DNA of 64,000 bases from NCBI GenBank assembly GCA_964600295.1, contig CAZRIY010000001.1, positions 169,733-233,732 on the forward strand. Reading direction: 5' to 3'. Both the position numbers and the translations under genes were made by a program. This DNA is from an uncultured Candidatus Saccharibacteria bacterium (GTDB lineage: Bacteria; Patescibacteriota; Saccharimonadia; CAZHVB01). This document shows positions 20,074 to 29,236 of the stretch, piece after piece; within the stretch, counting starts at the first letter, position 1; each line of letters starts with the position of its first letter. The notes below the pieces were generated by a model. That model saw only the letters and a list, made by a program, of their open reading frames with translations. It was not told the origin of the DNA and searched no databases.

Positions 20074-20518
20074 ATTTGCCCGCCGTTATCTAGAAGACCT
20101 GCTGAGTTTTTTTGGTCTCAATACCAGCGTAGAAGACCAGTTGGTCGATAGCACTGTCGAGCTGATGGTGCCTTCTAGCCGCCTCAACGGTTTCCTGATA
20201 GGCCAACGGGGACAGAATTTACAGTCGATGCAACACTTAACCAATATGGCCGTGCGGCGCGGCGGCTATGAGGATGTAACGGTAGTGATTGACGTGGCCG
20301 GCTACAAAAAGCAGCGCTACGAGCGGCTGGCCAGACAGGCGCAGGGTATAGCCGAGGAGGTGCTGGCTAGCGGTCAGGATCGCGAGCTGGAACCAATGAA
20401 TCCGGCCGAACGGCGGGTGGTCCACCAAGCCATCGGTGAAATCGAGGGCCTATCCAGCGACAGCAGCGGCGAGGGCCGCGATCGCCACATTGTTATCAAG
20501 AAAACTGATAGCTCTTAA
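20057..20518 (+). CDS. jag: Jag/KhpB RNA-binding protein (KH + R3H)
   Basis: LIGQRGQNL KH motif, LEPMNPAERRVVH R3H motif. Confidence 0.9.
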   Translation: MMPANEFARRYLEDLLSFFGLNTSVEDQLVDSTVELMVPSSRLNGFLIGQRGQNLQSMQHLTNMAVRRGGYEDVTVVIDVAGYKKQRYERLARQAQGIAEEVLASGQDRELEPMNPAERRVVHQAIGEIEGLSSDSSGEGRDRHIVIKKTDSS

Positions 20519-20626
20519 TATTCTTTTCTAACTACTTTTGTAACCAACCCCTTTTCGCTACCCTTGGCAGCAAAGGTAGCGCCAAACTGTCGGCTAAAGC
20601 TCACAAACGCTATGTGTACCCGTCCT

Positions 20627-20738
20627 AGAATCGGCTAGCCTGCGGAACTCGCTTTCTGGCTCGGCCTAAAGGCTGGTCCTCGGCTCAAGACGCCAATATC
20701 AGTCCTCGTCCACATAGGTCTGTTCGATAGCCGATTCT
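20627..20738. repeat. Inverted-repeat-bounded intergenic element
   Basis: AGAATCGGCTA (20627-20637) / TAGCCGATTCT (20728-20738). Confidence 0.6.
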
Positions 20739-20764
20739 TAATTCAACTCGGTTTTCTTTATGTT

Positions 20765-21859
20765 CTAGTTGTCTAGGGCGTCGCGGTAGACTTCTAGCGT
20801 CTGAGTAGCCATCTTGGCCCAGGAGAAGTGTTTTAGACGCTGCTGACCAGCCTGAATCAGGCTTTGGCGCAAAGACCGGTCCTCCAGCAATTGCGTGATG
20901 CGGGCGGCCATACCGTCCGGATTGAGGGGATCAAAATAGAGCGCGGCCCCTTCACAAACTTCCGAATAAGCGCCATTGTTGGCGGCCAGTACCGGGGCGC
21001 GGTGGCACATGGCTTCTAGAGCCTGCAGACCGAAGCCCTCGGATATTGAGGGCAAGACCACGGCGGCGGAGTGTTCGTAGGCCCAGGCCAGCTGAGAATC
21101 GCTGATATAGCCCAACCATACTACCCGATCGCTCAAATTCAGCTGGCTAACCCGCTGTTTCAACTCTTCCTCGGCCGGTCCCATATTTCCGGCCAGCGCC
21201 AGCTGAATAGTTGGATGATCGGCGGCTACGGTGCCGAAAGCGTCGAGTAAGCGCGGCAGATTTTTATGGGGATAGGCGTTGCCGACGTAGAGCAAGAATT
21301 GGTGATTGGCCAAGGGTTCAACTGGCCGCGGATGATCACTAATTGGCCCCGCCGCCTCGTTAATCACCATGGTCTTGGCCGCGGCTCCCGGAAAACGCTG
21401 GTTCAGCACGTCTCGGGTATGTTCCAACGGTACGATTATCCGGTCGGTACTGGCCACTACGCGTTTGGCCACAAATTTGAGACCCCACAGTTTGTAGCGT
21501 TTGTACCAAGCGGCCAGCTCGGTGGGATCTAGCATCTGCAAATCATGGATGGTGGTAACCGTACGTCCTTTATAAAATGCCGGGCGGTTGATGGCAGTAA
21601 AATGGACCAAATCCGGCTTGAGGCTGGCGATAAACCGCGCCAAACCGAACTGCTCCTTGATGGGGTGATAGGGTGGCGCATCAAAGTTTAACACCTCAAA
21701 GTTGGGAGAGCTGGGGCGCCACTTGGCCCGCTGCTTGGACGACATTATTACCAGGTATTGGTTTTGTTGGTCCTGCTTTTGCAACTCATCCAGCAAGTTA
21801 ACGGTATAGCGGCCCACACCTGTCCAGTGGATCATGCGCCCGTCGATCACGATTCTCAC
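20765..21859 (-). CDS. Glycosyltransferase family 4
   Basis: TGVGRY, PHKN, EGFGLQALEAM. Confidence 0.9.
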   Translation of the reverse strand: MRIVIDGRMIHWTGVGRYTVNLLDELQKQDQQNQYLVIMSSKQRAKWRPSSPNFEVLNFDAPPYHPIKEQFGLARFIASLKPDLVHFTAINRPAFYKGRTVTTIHDLQMLDPTELAAWYKRYKLWGLKFVAKRVVASTDRIIVPLEHTRDVLNQRFPGAAAKTMVINEAAGPISDHPRPVEPLANHQFLLYVGNAYPHKNLPRLLDAFGTVAADHPTIQLALAGNMGPAEEELKQRVSQLNLSDRVVWLGYISDSQLAWAYEHSAAVVLPSISEGFGLQALEAMCHRAPVLAANNGAYSEVCEGAALYFDPLNPDGMAARITQLLEDRSLRQSLIQAGQQRLKHFSWAKMATQTLEVYRDALDN

Positions 21860-22860
21860 TTGGTACCTCGCAGTCGTTTGGCCAGCCTCAGCAGGCTGGT
21901 TTGGGTGGGCGGGATACCGTGGTAGAGCCGGGCGTCCAACTGAGCGATCGATATCCGCCGGTGCCGCTGGATCCGCCAGCGCTTGGCTAGAATGGAGGGA
22001 AGATTAATTAGCACCTTGGCGTAAGCCGAAAATAGCGATTTAAATAGTCGCCGTTTGAGGTTATACAGCTCTAGCGTATTGGCGGTAATCATAAAGCGGG
22101 GTAGGTATTTCCAAAAGAGTGGCGCCGGCATGTTTTTGAGGTAAAGATAGTAAAAGTTTTTAAGGGTATGGTAGCGGGTGAATTGCCCCAGTTTAGAGCT
22201 AGTAGCACCGATTTGATGATAGGCCACTGCCCCTGGTTCATAGACTATCTGCCAGCCGGCCAGCTGGGCGCGAAAACTGAGGTCGACATCTTCATAGTAG
22301 GCAAAAAAGGCCTCATCAAATAAACCAATATCGCGGAATAGGCCGGCTCGGTAGAGGCTAGCGCCGCCGGTAGCGGCAAACACAAATTCAACTTGGTTAT
22401 ATTGCCCAGTGTTGGTTTGATTGCGGCCGCGAGGGAAGGGCAGCCCCCAAGTTGAATACTGGTCCCCCGTACTATCAATCTTTGGCGCGGTCTTTGATTG
22501 CTGCAGGAGTTTACCTGTAACAATGCCGATTTTGGGGCCAAGCTGCATACGCTTGACCAATTTTTCCAGCCAATACTTATCGGCTGTGGCGTCGTTATTA
22601 AAAAGAGCAATGTAATCGGCTTTTTGTTCAAGAGCGTGTTCGATACCGCGGTTAACCCCTCCGGCAAAGCCATAGTTCTTGTCGAGTTGAATAAGTTCAA
22701 CGCTAGGGAAGTTTTTCTTGATGTAAGCTGCTGAACCATCGGTGGAACCGTTTTCGACCACTACGATATCAGCCGGCAGCGATTGCTTCTTTAATGAGCG
22801 CAAACACTGGCCAATAACCGCCTTACCATTCCAATTTGGGACTACTACTGTTACTTTCAT
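21856..22860 (-). CDS. Glycosyltransferase family 2 (rhamnosyltransferase-like)
   Basis: VVPNWNG, ENGSTDGS, NYGFAGG, NND, YYEDVDLSFR. Confidence 0.9.
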   Translation of the reverse strand: MKVTVVVPNWNGKAVIGQCLRSLKKQSLPADIVVVENGSTDGSAAYIKKNFPSVELIQLDKNYGFAGGVNRGIEHALEQKADYIALFNNDATADKYWLEKLVKRMQLGPKIGIVTGKLLQQSKTAPKIDSTGDQYSTWGLPFPRGRNQTNTGQYNQVEFVFAATGGASLYRAGLFRDIGLFDEAFFAYYEDVDLSFRAQLAGWQIVYEPGAVAYHQIGATSSKLGQFTRYHTLKNFYYLYLKNMPAPLFWKYLPRFMITANTLELYNLKRRLFKSLFSAYAKVLINLPSILAKRWRIQRHRRISIAQLDARLYHGIPPTQTSLLRLAKRLRGTK

Positions 22861-22897
22861 CGCGTTGGTACTAACAGTAGTTTATACTGATACCGAT

Positions 22898-23707
22898 ATG
22901 ACCGAAAGCAACCTGCTGGGCCACGTTTTTAGCAAGCAAAAACGTTCGTTGCTGCGGCAGCTGGTAATTACCGATTTTAAGTTGCGCTACCAGGGTTCGA
23001 TGCTGGGCTACCTTTGGTCGATAGTTCGGCCACTGGCCCTGTTTACCGTACTGTACTTCGTCTTTTCACATATCTTCCGTTTTGGTGACTCAATACCTGC
23101 GTACCCTGCCTATTTATTGCTTGGGATCGTAGTGTGGACCTTCTTTGTAGAGGCAACCAATATGGGCATGCAATCGATCGTTGGCAGGGGAGACTTAATC
23201 CGAAAGGTAACAATACCAAAGTGGACAATTGTACTATCCACGTCTTTTACGGCCTTTATTAATTTTGGGATTAATTTAATAGTTGCCATGATATTTGCCA
23301 TTCCCCTGGGCACGCAACTGATCGAAGGGATTTGGATATTACCCCTCTTAATTATCGAGCTGTTTGTTCTAGCAGTTGGCGTATCCTTCTTGCTGGCGGC
23401 CCTCTATGTGCGTTTTCGTGATATGGCCTTCATTTGGGAACTAATCTTACAAGTAGCCTTTTATGCTACGCCTATAATTTATCCTTTAAGCTTGGTCCCT
23501 GAACGCTTCCAAAAAATTATGCTATTCAATCCAGTGGCACAGATCATCCAGGATGCCCGCTATGTACTGGTGACACCCAAGACTACCACTGCCCCCCAGG
23601 TACTAGGGGCGTACAGCTTTGTTCCTATAGTTATTGTTTTGTCACTGGCGATACTGGCGGCTCTCTATTTTAGGAAAGCCTCGCGTGATTTTGCGGAGAA
23701 TGTTTAA
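22898..23707 (+). CDS. wzm: Polysaccharide ABC exporter permease
   Basis: DFKLRYQGSMLGYLWS, FYATPIIYP, NPVAQII. Confidence 0.9.
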   Translation: MTESNLLGHVFSKQKRSLLRQLVITDFKLRYQGSMLGYLWSIVRPLALFTVLYFVFSHIFRFGDSIPAYPAYLLLGIVVWTFFVEATNMGMQSIVGRGDLIRKVTIPKWTIVLSTSFTAFINFGINLIVAMIFAIPLGTQLIEGIWILPLLIIELFVLAVGVSFLLAALYVRFRDMAFIWELILQVAFYATPIIYPLSLVPERFQKIMLFNPVAQIIQDARYVLVTPKTTTAPQVLGAYSFVPIVIVLSLAILAALYFRKASRDFAENV

Positions 23708-24936
23708 TGGAAAGCGCAGTGGAGGTCAAAAATTTAAGTAAAATCTTTCGCTTACCGCACGATCGTTCTAATACCTTGAAGCAAACACTGATTAATTTTG
23801 GACGAAATCATTCATACGAAGAACTAAGAGCGCTGGATAAAATTAGCTTTAAAATCAAAAAAGGAGAGTTCTTTGGGGTAGTCGGCCGCAATGGTAGCGG
23901 CAAAAGTACGCTGCTCAAAATTCTGGCTGGAATTTATACCCCCACCTCAGGCGAAATAAAGGTTAACGGGGAGTTAACACCTTTTATTGAACTCGGTATC
24001 GGGTTTAATCCCGAGCTCACTGGTCGCGAAAACGTTTTTCTGAACGGAGCTATCCTTGGGCTCACCGAAAAGGAAGTGGCCAACAAATACGATGAAATAG
24101 TTGCCTTTGCTGAGCTACAAAGATTTATGGATCAAAAACTCAAAAATTACTCTTCGGGTATGCAAGTAAGATTGGCATTTTCGATAGCCATCCAGGCTCA
24201 TAACGAAATCCTGCTGATAGATGAAGTTTTGGCGGTGGGGGATGTAGCCTTCCAGCAGAAATGCTTCGAATTCTTCAGACAATTAAAAAAACGAAAAGAC
24301 AAAACAGTCATTTTGGTTACCCACGATATGGAAACTATCCGCCGATTCTGCTCCAACGCCATCTTAATAGACGACGGTACGATAATACGTGGTGGTTCGC
24401 CGCAGAATATTGCCGAGATGTATGAAAACATTAATCTGCGTTCAGCCGAAGAAAGACTGGAGCAGGAGAACCAAGGTATCCAAAAAAAGAAGCGCCAGGG
24501 TAATCAAAAAGCTGTAATTGAGAAGACTGAAACCTACAATGTGAAATCCGGAAAAGTTCAATTTACCTTCAATGCTAGTGAGTCAATCGGTGTGCGCATT
24601 AACTTCAAATGCATGGAGGATATTTCGGCTCCTGCTGTCGGCTTCATCTTCCAGGATCGCGACGATATAACTGTCTTTGCTGCCAATAATCAAATACTAG
24701 GTGTTACTACAAAGCCGCTGCAAAGTGATCAGACGCTTATCATGGAGGCCACGATAGGAAATGTGTTTACGGATGGGGAGTACACCATTACCTGCGCGAT
24801 AGAGAGCGATGATTTATCTATCATCTACGACAGAATTGAATATATTCACAAGTTTATTATCGGCGGACATAAACTTTCCCATGCCACCACCCATCCACCA
24901 CAGCAAATGACAATTAAATATCTAACCAAAACTTAA
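23707..24936 (+). CDS. wzt: Polysaccharide ABC exporter ATPase with C-terminal carbohydrate-binding domain
   Basis: GRNGSGKST, YSSGMQVRLAF, DEVLAVGD; ~170-aa C-terminal extension. Confidence 0.92.
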   Translation: MESAVEVKNLSKIFRLPHDRSNTLKQTLINFGRNHSYEELRALDKISFKIKKGEFFGVVGRNGSGKSTLLKILAGIYTPTSGEIKVNGELTPFIELGIGFNPELTGRENVFLNGAILGLTEKEVANKYDEIVAFAELQRFMDQKLKNYSSGMQVRLAFSIAIQAHNEILLIDEVLAVGDVAFQQKCFEFFRQLKKRKDKTVILVTHDMETIRRFCSNAILIDDGTIIRGGSPQNIAEMYENINLRSAEERLEQENQGIQKKKRQGNQKAVIEKTETYNVKSGKVQFTFNASESIGVRINFKCMEDISAPAVGFIFQDRDDITVFAANNQILGVTTKPLQSDQTLIMEATIGNVFTDGEYTITCAIESDDLSIIYDRIEYIHKFIIGGHKLSHATTHPPQQMTIKYLTKT

Positions 24937-24946
24937 TTCTAAGAGC

Positions 24947-26953
24947 ATGGAAAATTACCCCGAGCATAGCCACAATAAAGAGCTAGAAAAAATTATTCAA
25001 AAACTCAAGAACCAACAGGAATATATTGAGTGGCTGGAGAATGAACTTGCCCATATCCAAGCCTCCAAGGGCTGGAAGTTGATAAAAGTTATTAGAGCTA
25101 TTGTTTATCCACTCAGGGTAAGGTTAGTAGGTGCAGCTTTCTATATTCTCAAACGCATACCCGTAATAGGCAAAAAAATAAAACAGCTGGATGCAAGTCT
25201 GCTTTGGAAGGAAAACCATGAGAAAAGGCGGAAGGATTATCAAAAATGGTTTGCTAAAAATTTCCCTGATGCCGCAAGTCTAAAATCGCAGGAGGCGGCC
25301 AGCCAAAAATTTACAAACAGCCCGCTGATTAGCATTATTCTGCCGACATACAACACCCCGACACAATTTTTACGCCGGTGTATTGAATCGGTGTTGAACC
25401 AGACCTATCGGAATTGGCAGTTATGCGTTGCGGATGATGCCTCCACCGATTCCGGCGTAAGAGAGATAATCAAAGAATATGCGGCAAAAGATCCTCGTAT
25501 AAAGTACATTTTCCGCGGTCGCAACGGCCATATCTGCCGGGCTTCAAATTCGTCACTTAAGATAGCCGACGGTGAATACGTGGCGCTCTTGGATCATGAT
25601 GATCTACTTTGGCCAAACGCCCTATATGAGAACGTCAAGGTTCTTAATCAACATCCTCGGGCAGATTTTATATACAGCGATGAAGACAAACTAGAAGAAG
25701 ATGGGACAACCCATTCCGATCCTTTCTTTAAACCAGACTGGAGCCCGGACTACTTAAGAGCGGTCAACTACATTACTCACTTCGCCCTCATTAGGAAAAA
25801 ATTGGTAGATCAGACGGGTGGCTTTCGCCCCGGTTATGAGGGTACCCAAGACTGGGATCTCTTCTTGCGCATCAGCAACGTTACCGATTCGATTTTTCAC
25901 ATACCCAAGGTTCTTTATAGTTGGCGAAAATCTCCGCACTCAACTGCCAGCCAGGCAAGCGCGAAAGATTATGCTTATATCAATCAGAAAAAAGCCCTTG
26001 CAGACGACGCCAAAAGCCGCGGATACAAGGTAGCCATTGCCTGGACGGTACCTTATTTAACCTGGCGCCTGAAGTACGAATTAAAGGGTAAGCCACTAGT
26101 TTCAATCATAATACCCACCAAAGATCAGTATCGATATATTAAAAAATGTCTGAACTCCATCCTTAGAAAAAGCAGCTACCCAAATTATGAGTTAATAATT
26201 GTGGATACCGGCTCGAAAGATCCCAAAGTCCAGAAGCTCTACGAAGCTGTCAAAAAACAGCATCCTAAAACGCGGGTATCGCACTGGGATAAACCATTTA
26301 ATTTCGCGGCCGTCTGTAATTACGGCGCCGAACAGGCCAAGGGATCTTACCTACTGTTTTTAAATAATGATACTGAAGTGATTACGCCCAATTGGATCGA
26401 AGGAATGCTAGAGCATGCTCAACGTCCTGAAGTTGCAGCCGTTGGCTGCAAGTTGCTTTATGGGGATGGGAAGATTCAGCATGCAGGTGTAGTTTTGGGA
26501 ATTGGCGCCTTTAAAACTACTCCAGGTGTAGCAGGGCACCTTTTTCAAGGATACATCGACAGCCCGCCCAGCGATCCTTATCAGAATATTTACACCAAAG
26601 GCGTCAGAAACTTATCGGCAGTTACGGCTGCTTGTCTGATGGTAGCCAAAGACAGATTCGATAAGGTCAAAGGCTTTGACCCAAAGTTCAGAATAGCTTT
26701 TAACGATGTCGACCTTTGCCTAAAACTAAGGAGCCAGGGTTGGTGTAACATCTATACCCCACATGTTGAACTTTATCACTACGAATCGGTATCGGTAGGT
26801 AAGCCAGGATCAGACGAACGAGACATGAAGGAGCTCATAAAAGAAGCCCGAATAATGGGGGAGAGATGGAACTGGAAATTTCTGAGTAATGATCCCTACT
26901 ATAACCCAAATTTCAGGAGAGATACGGCCGATGCTAGGCTGAAGTTGAAATAG
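24947..26953 (+). CDS. Two-domain glycosyltransferase family 2 with N-terminal coiled coil
   Basis: SIILPTYN..DDAS..LDHDD and SIIIPTKD..LNNDTE..FNDVDLCL. Confidence 0.9.
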   Translation: MENYPEHSHNKELEKIIQKLKNQQEYIEWLENELAHIQASKGWKLIKVIRAIVYPLRVRLVGAAFYILKRIPVIGKKIKQLDASLLWKENHEKRRKDYQKWFAKNFPDAASLKSQEAASQKFTNSPLISIILPTYNTPTQFLRRCIESVLNQTYRNWQLCVADDASTDSGVREIIKEYAAKDPRIKYIFRGRNGHICRASNSSLKIADGEYVALLDHDDLLWPNALYENVKVLNQHPRADFIYSDEDKLEEDGTTHSDPFFKPDWSPDYLRAVNYITHFALIRKKLVDQTGGFRPGYEGTQDWDLFLRISNVTDSIFHIPKVLYSWRKSPHSTASQASAKDYAYINQKKALADDAKSRGYKVAIAWTVPYLTWRLKYELKGKPLVSIIIPTKDQYRYIKKCLNSILRKSSYPNYELIIVDTGSKDPKVQKLYEAVKKQHPKTRVSHWDKPFNFAAVCNYGAEQAKGSYLLFLNNDTEVITPNWIEGMLEHAQRPEVAAVGCKLLYGDGKIQHAGVVLGIGAFKTTPGVAGHLFQGYIDSPPSDPYQNIYTKGVRNLSAVTAACLMVAKDRFDKVKGFDPKFRIAFNDVDLCLKLRSQGWCNIYTPHVELYHYESVSVGKPGSDERDMKELIKEARIMGERWNWKFLSNDPYYNPNFRRDTADARLKLK

Positions 26954-26955
26954 GT

Positions 26956-28647
26956 TTAGAACTGGGGATGGTTGGTGGCCACGTTGCTCAGCCAGGCTTG
27001 CTGTCCGGCTGCCCAGGTATGGATTTCGATCTTACCGCTCCCGGTATTGCGGTATTTCACAAAAACTAATTCGTCAACCGCCCCGCCATAAATGTTACCA
27101 GACGTAATAAAGGAATCTTCATCTGGGTTAACTTCTGGATGGTTGGTAGCCACATTGCTCAACCAACCCTGCGCACTCCCGGCCCAGGTGTGAATCTCAA
27201 TCCGGCCGCTCCCGGTATTGCGGTATTTGACGAAGATTAATTCATCCGCCGAGCTTCCATACAGGTTAGCCGCAATAATGCGGCCATCGGCCGGATCAAT
27301 CTCCGGCAGGTTGGTGGCCGTATTGGCTGTCCAGCGTTGTCGGTCTTGGCTCCATTCATGGACTTCAATCCGGCCGCTGCCGGTGTTGCGGTATTTGACG
27401 AAGACTAGTTCGTCGTGGCCATCACCATTTGCATCCATGGCGACCACGTCACTATCTGCCGGATCGGTCACTGGATGGTTGGTGGCGATATTGGTAAGCC
27501 AATGTTGCAAAGAGGCGTCCCAGGTATGGATTTCCAGCCGTCCGCTGCCGCTGACGCGGGACGAGATTAGCATCATCTCGGATTTGCCGTCGCCATAGGT
27601 ATTACCGCTAATTATTTCTCCATCAGGCGGATTGACGGCCCCTAAATTACTGGCGATATTGGTAAGCCAACCCTGAAGGCTGGAATTCCATGTGTGCATC
27701 TCCACGCACTTGGAGCCAGTCTGATTAAGCACGGTTAGTGTGAATATAGCGTTCGCTCCTGCCGAATATTCGTTAGTGACCACTCTGGGTCCCGGGCCAG
27801 CTCCAGTTATGTTATTACCGTTCCAACACGCGTAACTAAATGGGTCGCCGAACCAATCACTATAATCGCGCCAAAAATTCCGATTACCGTATGAGCTACA
27901 ACTGTCACCAGTACTATACAGGTTAGTAAGAGCGGCTTGATTGGGTCGGTAGGGGGTATATGAGTATAGGGCCGCTGTAGCCCGGTTTTCGATAAAGACC
28001 TCGGATGTGCCGCAACCACTGTTCGGGTGCCACTTAATTGTATTTGTGCCCGGGCGGTGAGGAATAGTCCAGTTAGGATTCAAGTCCCAAAAATTGCGAA
28101 AATGGCGTGCGCCCTCGTGCATCTGTAATGTAAAACCACTGTAATTGGGGTCGCATGGTCCTCCATCAGGACAAGCAAAACCCATAGCGGAGTTATACTG
28201 AACCTGCCATGGCCAATCGTCAGTTACCAGGCCCTGCTCTTTTTGTAAGGTCACGATAAGGACCTTGGGATTGATGCTAAATTCCTGAGCTTTGTCCCAT
28301 ATAATCTGAGCAGCACTTTTACTGTTCTGTGAATAATCCTTTAAACAAATGTAGGGCGGAGGATTGCCGCGTCGACTACCGTAAGTTGACCTAGGAACAG
28401 TATCCCCATGTGCTGGATCGTAGATCATTTGTTCACCGTTGGTATCGCAAGTTGGGCGCTTATTATTCAAGAAAGTCTGAATATCTGATACTCCCATCGT
28501 TGTCTTATCATTAAAGATGGAATCATCAATAATACGGCCTGGTTTGAAAGATGCCGCATCAGCTGCCCCAACCCTAGGTGGGCCGCCAAAGAGTACGGGC
28601 GAGACAACTAAGATCAGGATAAGGCTAAAGAAGTGGATTTTTTTCAT
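26956..28647 (-). CDS. Secreted protein: putative lysozyme-like N-domain plus ~56-aa C-terminal repeats
   Basis: Signal peptide; INPKVLIVTLQKEQGL..MGFACPD..LYSYTPY; repeats ELxFVKYRNTGSGRIExHTW. Confidence 0.6.
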   Translation of the reverse strand: MKKIHFFSLILILVVSPVLFGGPPRVGAADAASFKPGRIIDDSIFNDKTTMGVSDIQTFLNNKRPTCDTNGEQMIYDPAHGDTVPRSTYGSRRGNPPPYICLKDYSQNSKSAAQIIWDKAQEFSINPKVLIVTLQKEQGLVTDDWPWQVQYNSAMGFACPDGGPCDPNYSGFTLQMHEGARHFRNFWDLNPNWTIPHRPGTNTIKWHPNSGCGTSEVFIENRATAALYSYTPYRPNQAALTNLYSTGDSCSSYGNRNFWRDYSDWFGDPFSYACWNGNNITGAGPGPRVVTNEYSAGANAIFTLTVLNQTGSKCVEMHTWNSSLQGWLTNIASNLGAVNPPDGEIISGNTYGDGKSEMMLISSRVSGSGRLEIHTWDASLQHWLTNIATNHPVTDPADSDVVAMDANGDGHDELVFVKYRNTGSGRIEVHEWSQDRQRWTANTATNLPEIDPADGRIIAANLYGSSADELIFVKYRNTGSGRIEIHTWAGSAQGWLSNVATNHPEVNPDEDSFITSGNIYGGAVDELVFVKYRNTGSGKIEIHTWAAGQQAWLSNVATNHPQF

Positions 28648-28649
28648 GG

Positions 28650-29174
28650 TTATTGAATATCGATTGCTTTAGAAGTTGAAGTACCCTGTTTGTTATCTCC
28701 AGTAAAGTTGACCTGTACTTCCCACTCTCCCCTAACTGGGAATCGACTTTTTGCAATAGATATTTGACAAGCATAGTAATTGGTAACTCGATTAAGCGAG
28801 GCGTTCTCTTGAACTGACGCTTGACCCATTCGTGAAAATACCGCAGTACAGGTGCCGCTTGTAGCTCCATCTACTGTGGCTGTAACAATTATAGGATCAT
28901 CACTTCCCGACGCATATGTAACAGTAACAGTGACCGAACCCTGGGAGGGAGAATTATTAGATGTGCCTCCATTTGAAGCCGGCGTGCCATCCGGTTTGGG
29001 CTTGTCCACTTCCCTTGGTTGATTATCAGGGCTTTGTTGACCATTTTTATTCTGTTGATTGTCTGCGGGATTGGCATTGTCACCTCTACTTATTTGCCAA
29101 TACGCAAAAACGCCACCACCGATTAAGAGCGTCGCAACCACTGCTATTAAGATTTTTTTTCGGGGAATACCCAT
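28650..29174 (-). CDS. Membrane-anchored hypothetical protein with Ig-like C-domain
   Basis: TM, low-complexity linker, beta-rich domain with Cys pair. Confidence 0.6.
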   Translation of the reverse strand: MGIPRKKILIAVVATLLIGGGVFAYWQISRGDNANPADNQQNKNGQQSPDNQPREVDKPKPDGTPASNGGTSNNSPSQGSVTVTVTYASGSDDPIIVTATVDGATSGTCTAVFSRMGQASVQENASLNRVTNYYACQISIAKSRFPVRGEWEVQVNFTGDNKQGTSTSKAIDIQ

Positions 29175-29236
29175 ATGTTTATTTTAGCAAGCCGTAAAAG
29201 CTAATAACTAAATACTGACATAAAAGGTAGCAAAAG

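Noticed and set aside
26956-27700. Repeats here and at 38303-39060 as a DGR template/variable pair
   Set aside because: They are in-frame protein repeats with largely synonymous variation; no reverse transcriptase is present and no adenine-specific pattern was seen.
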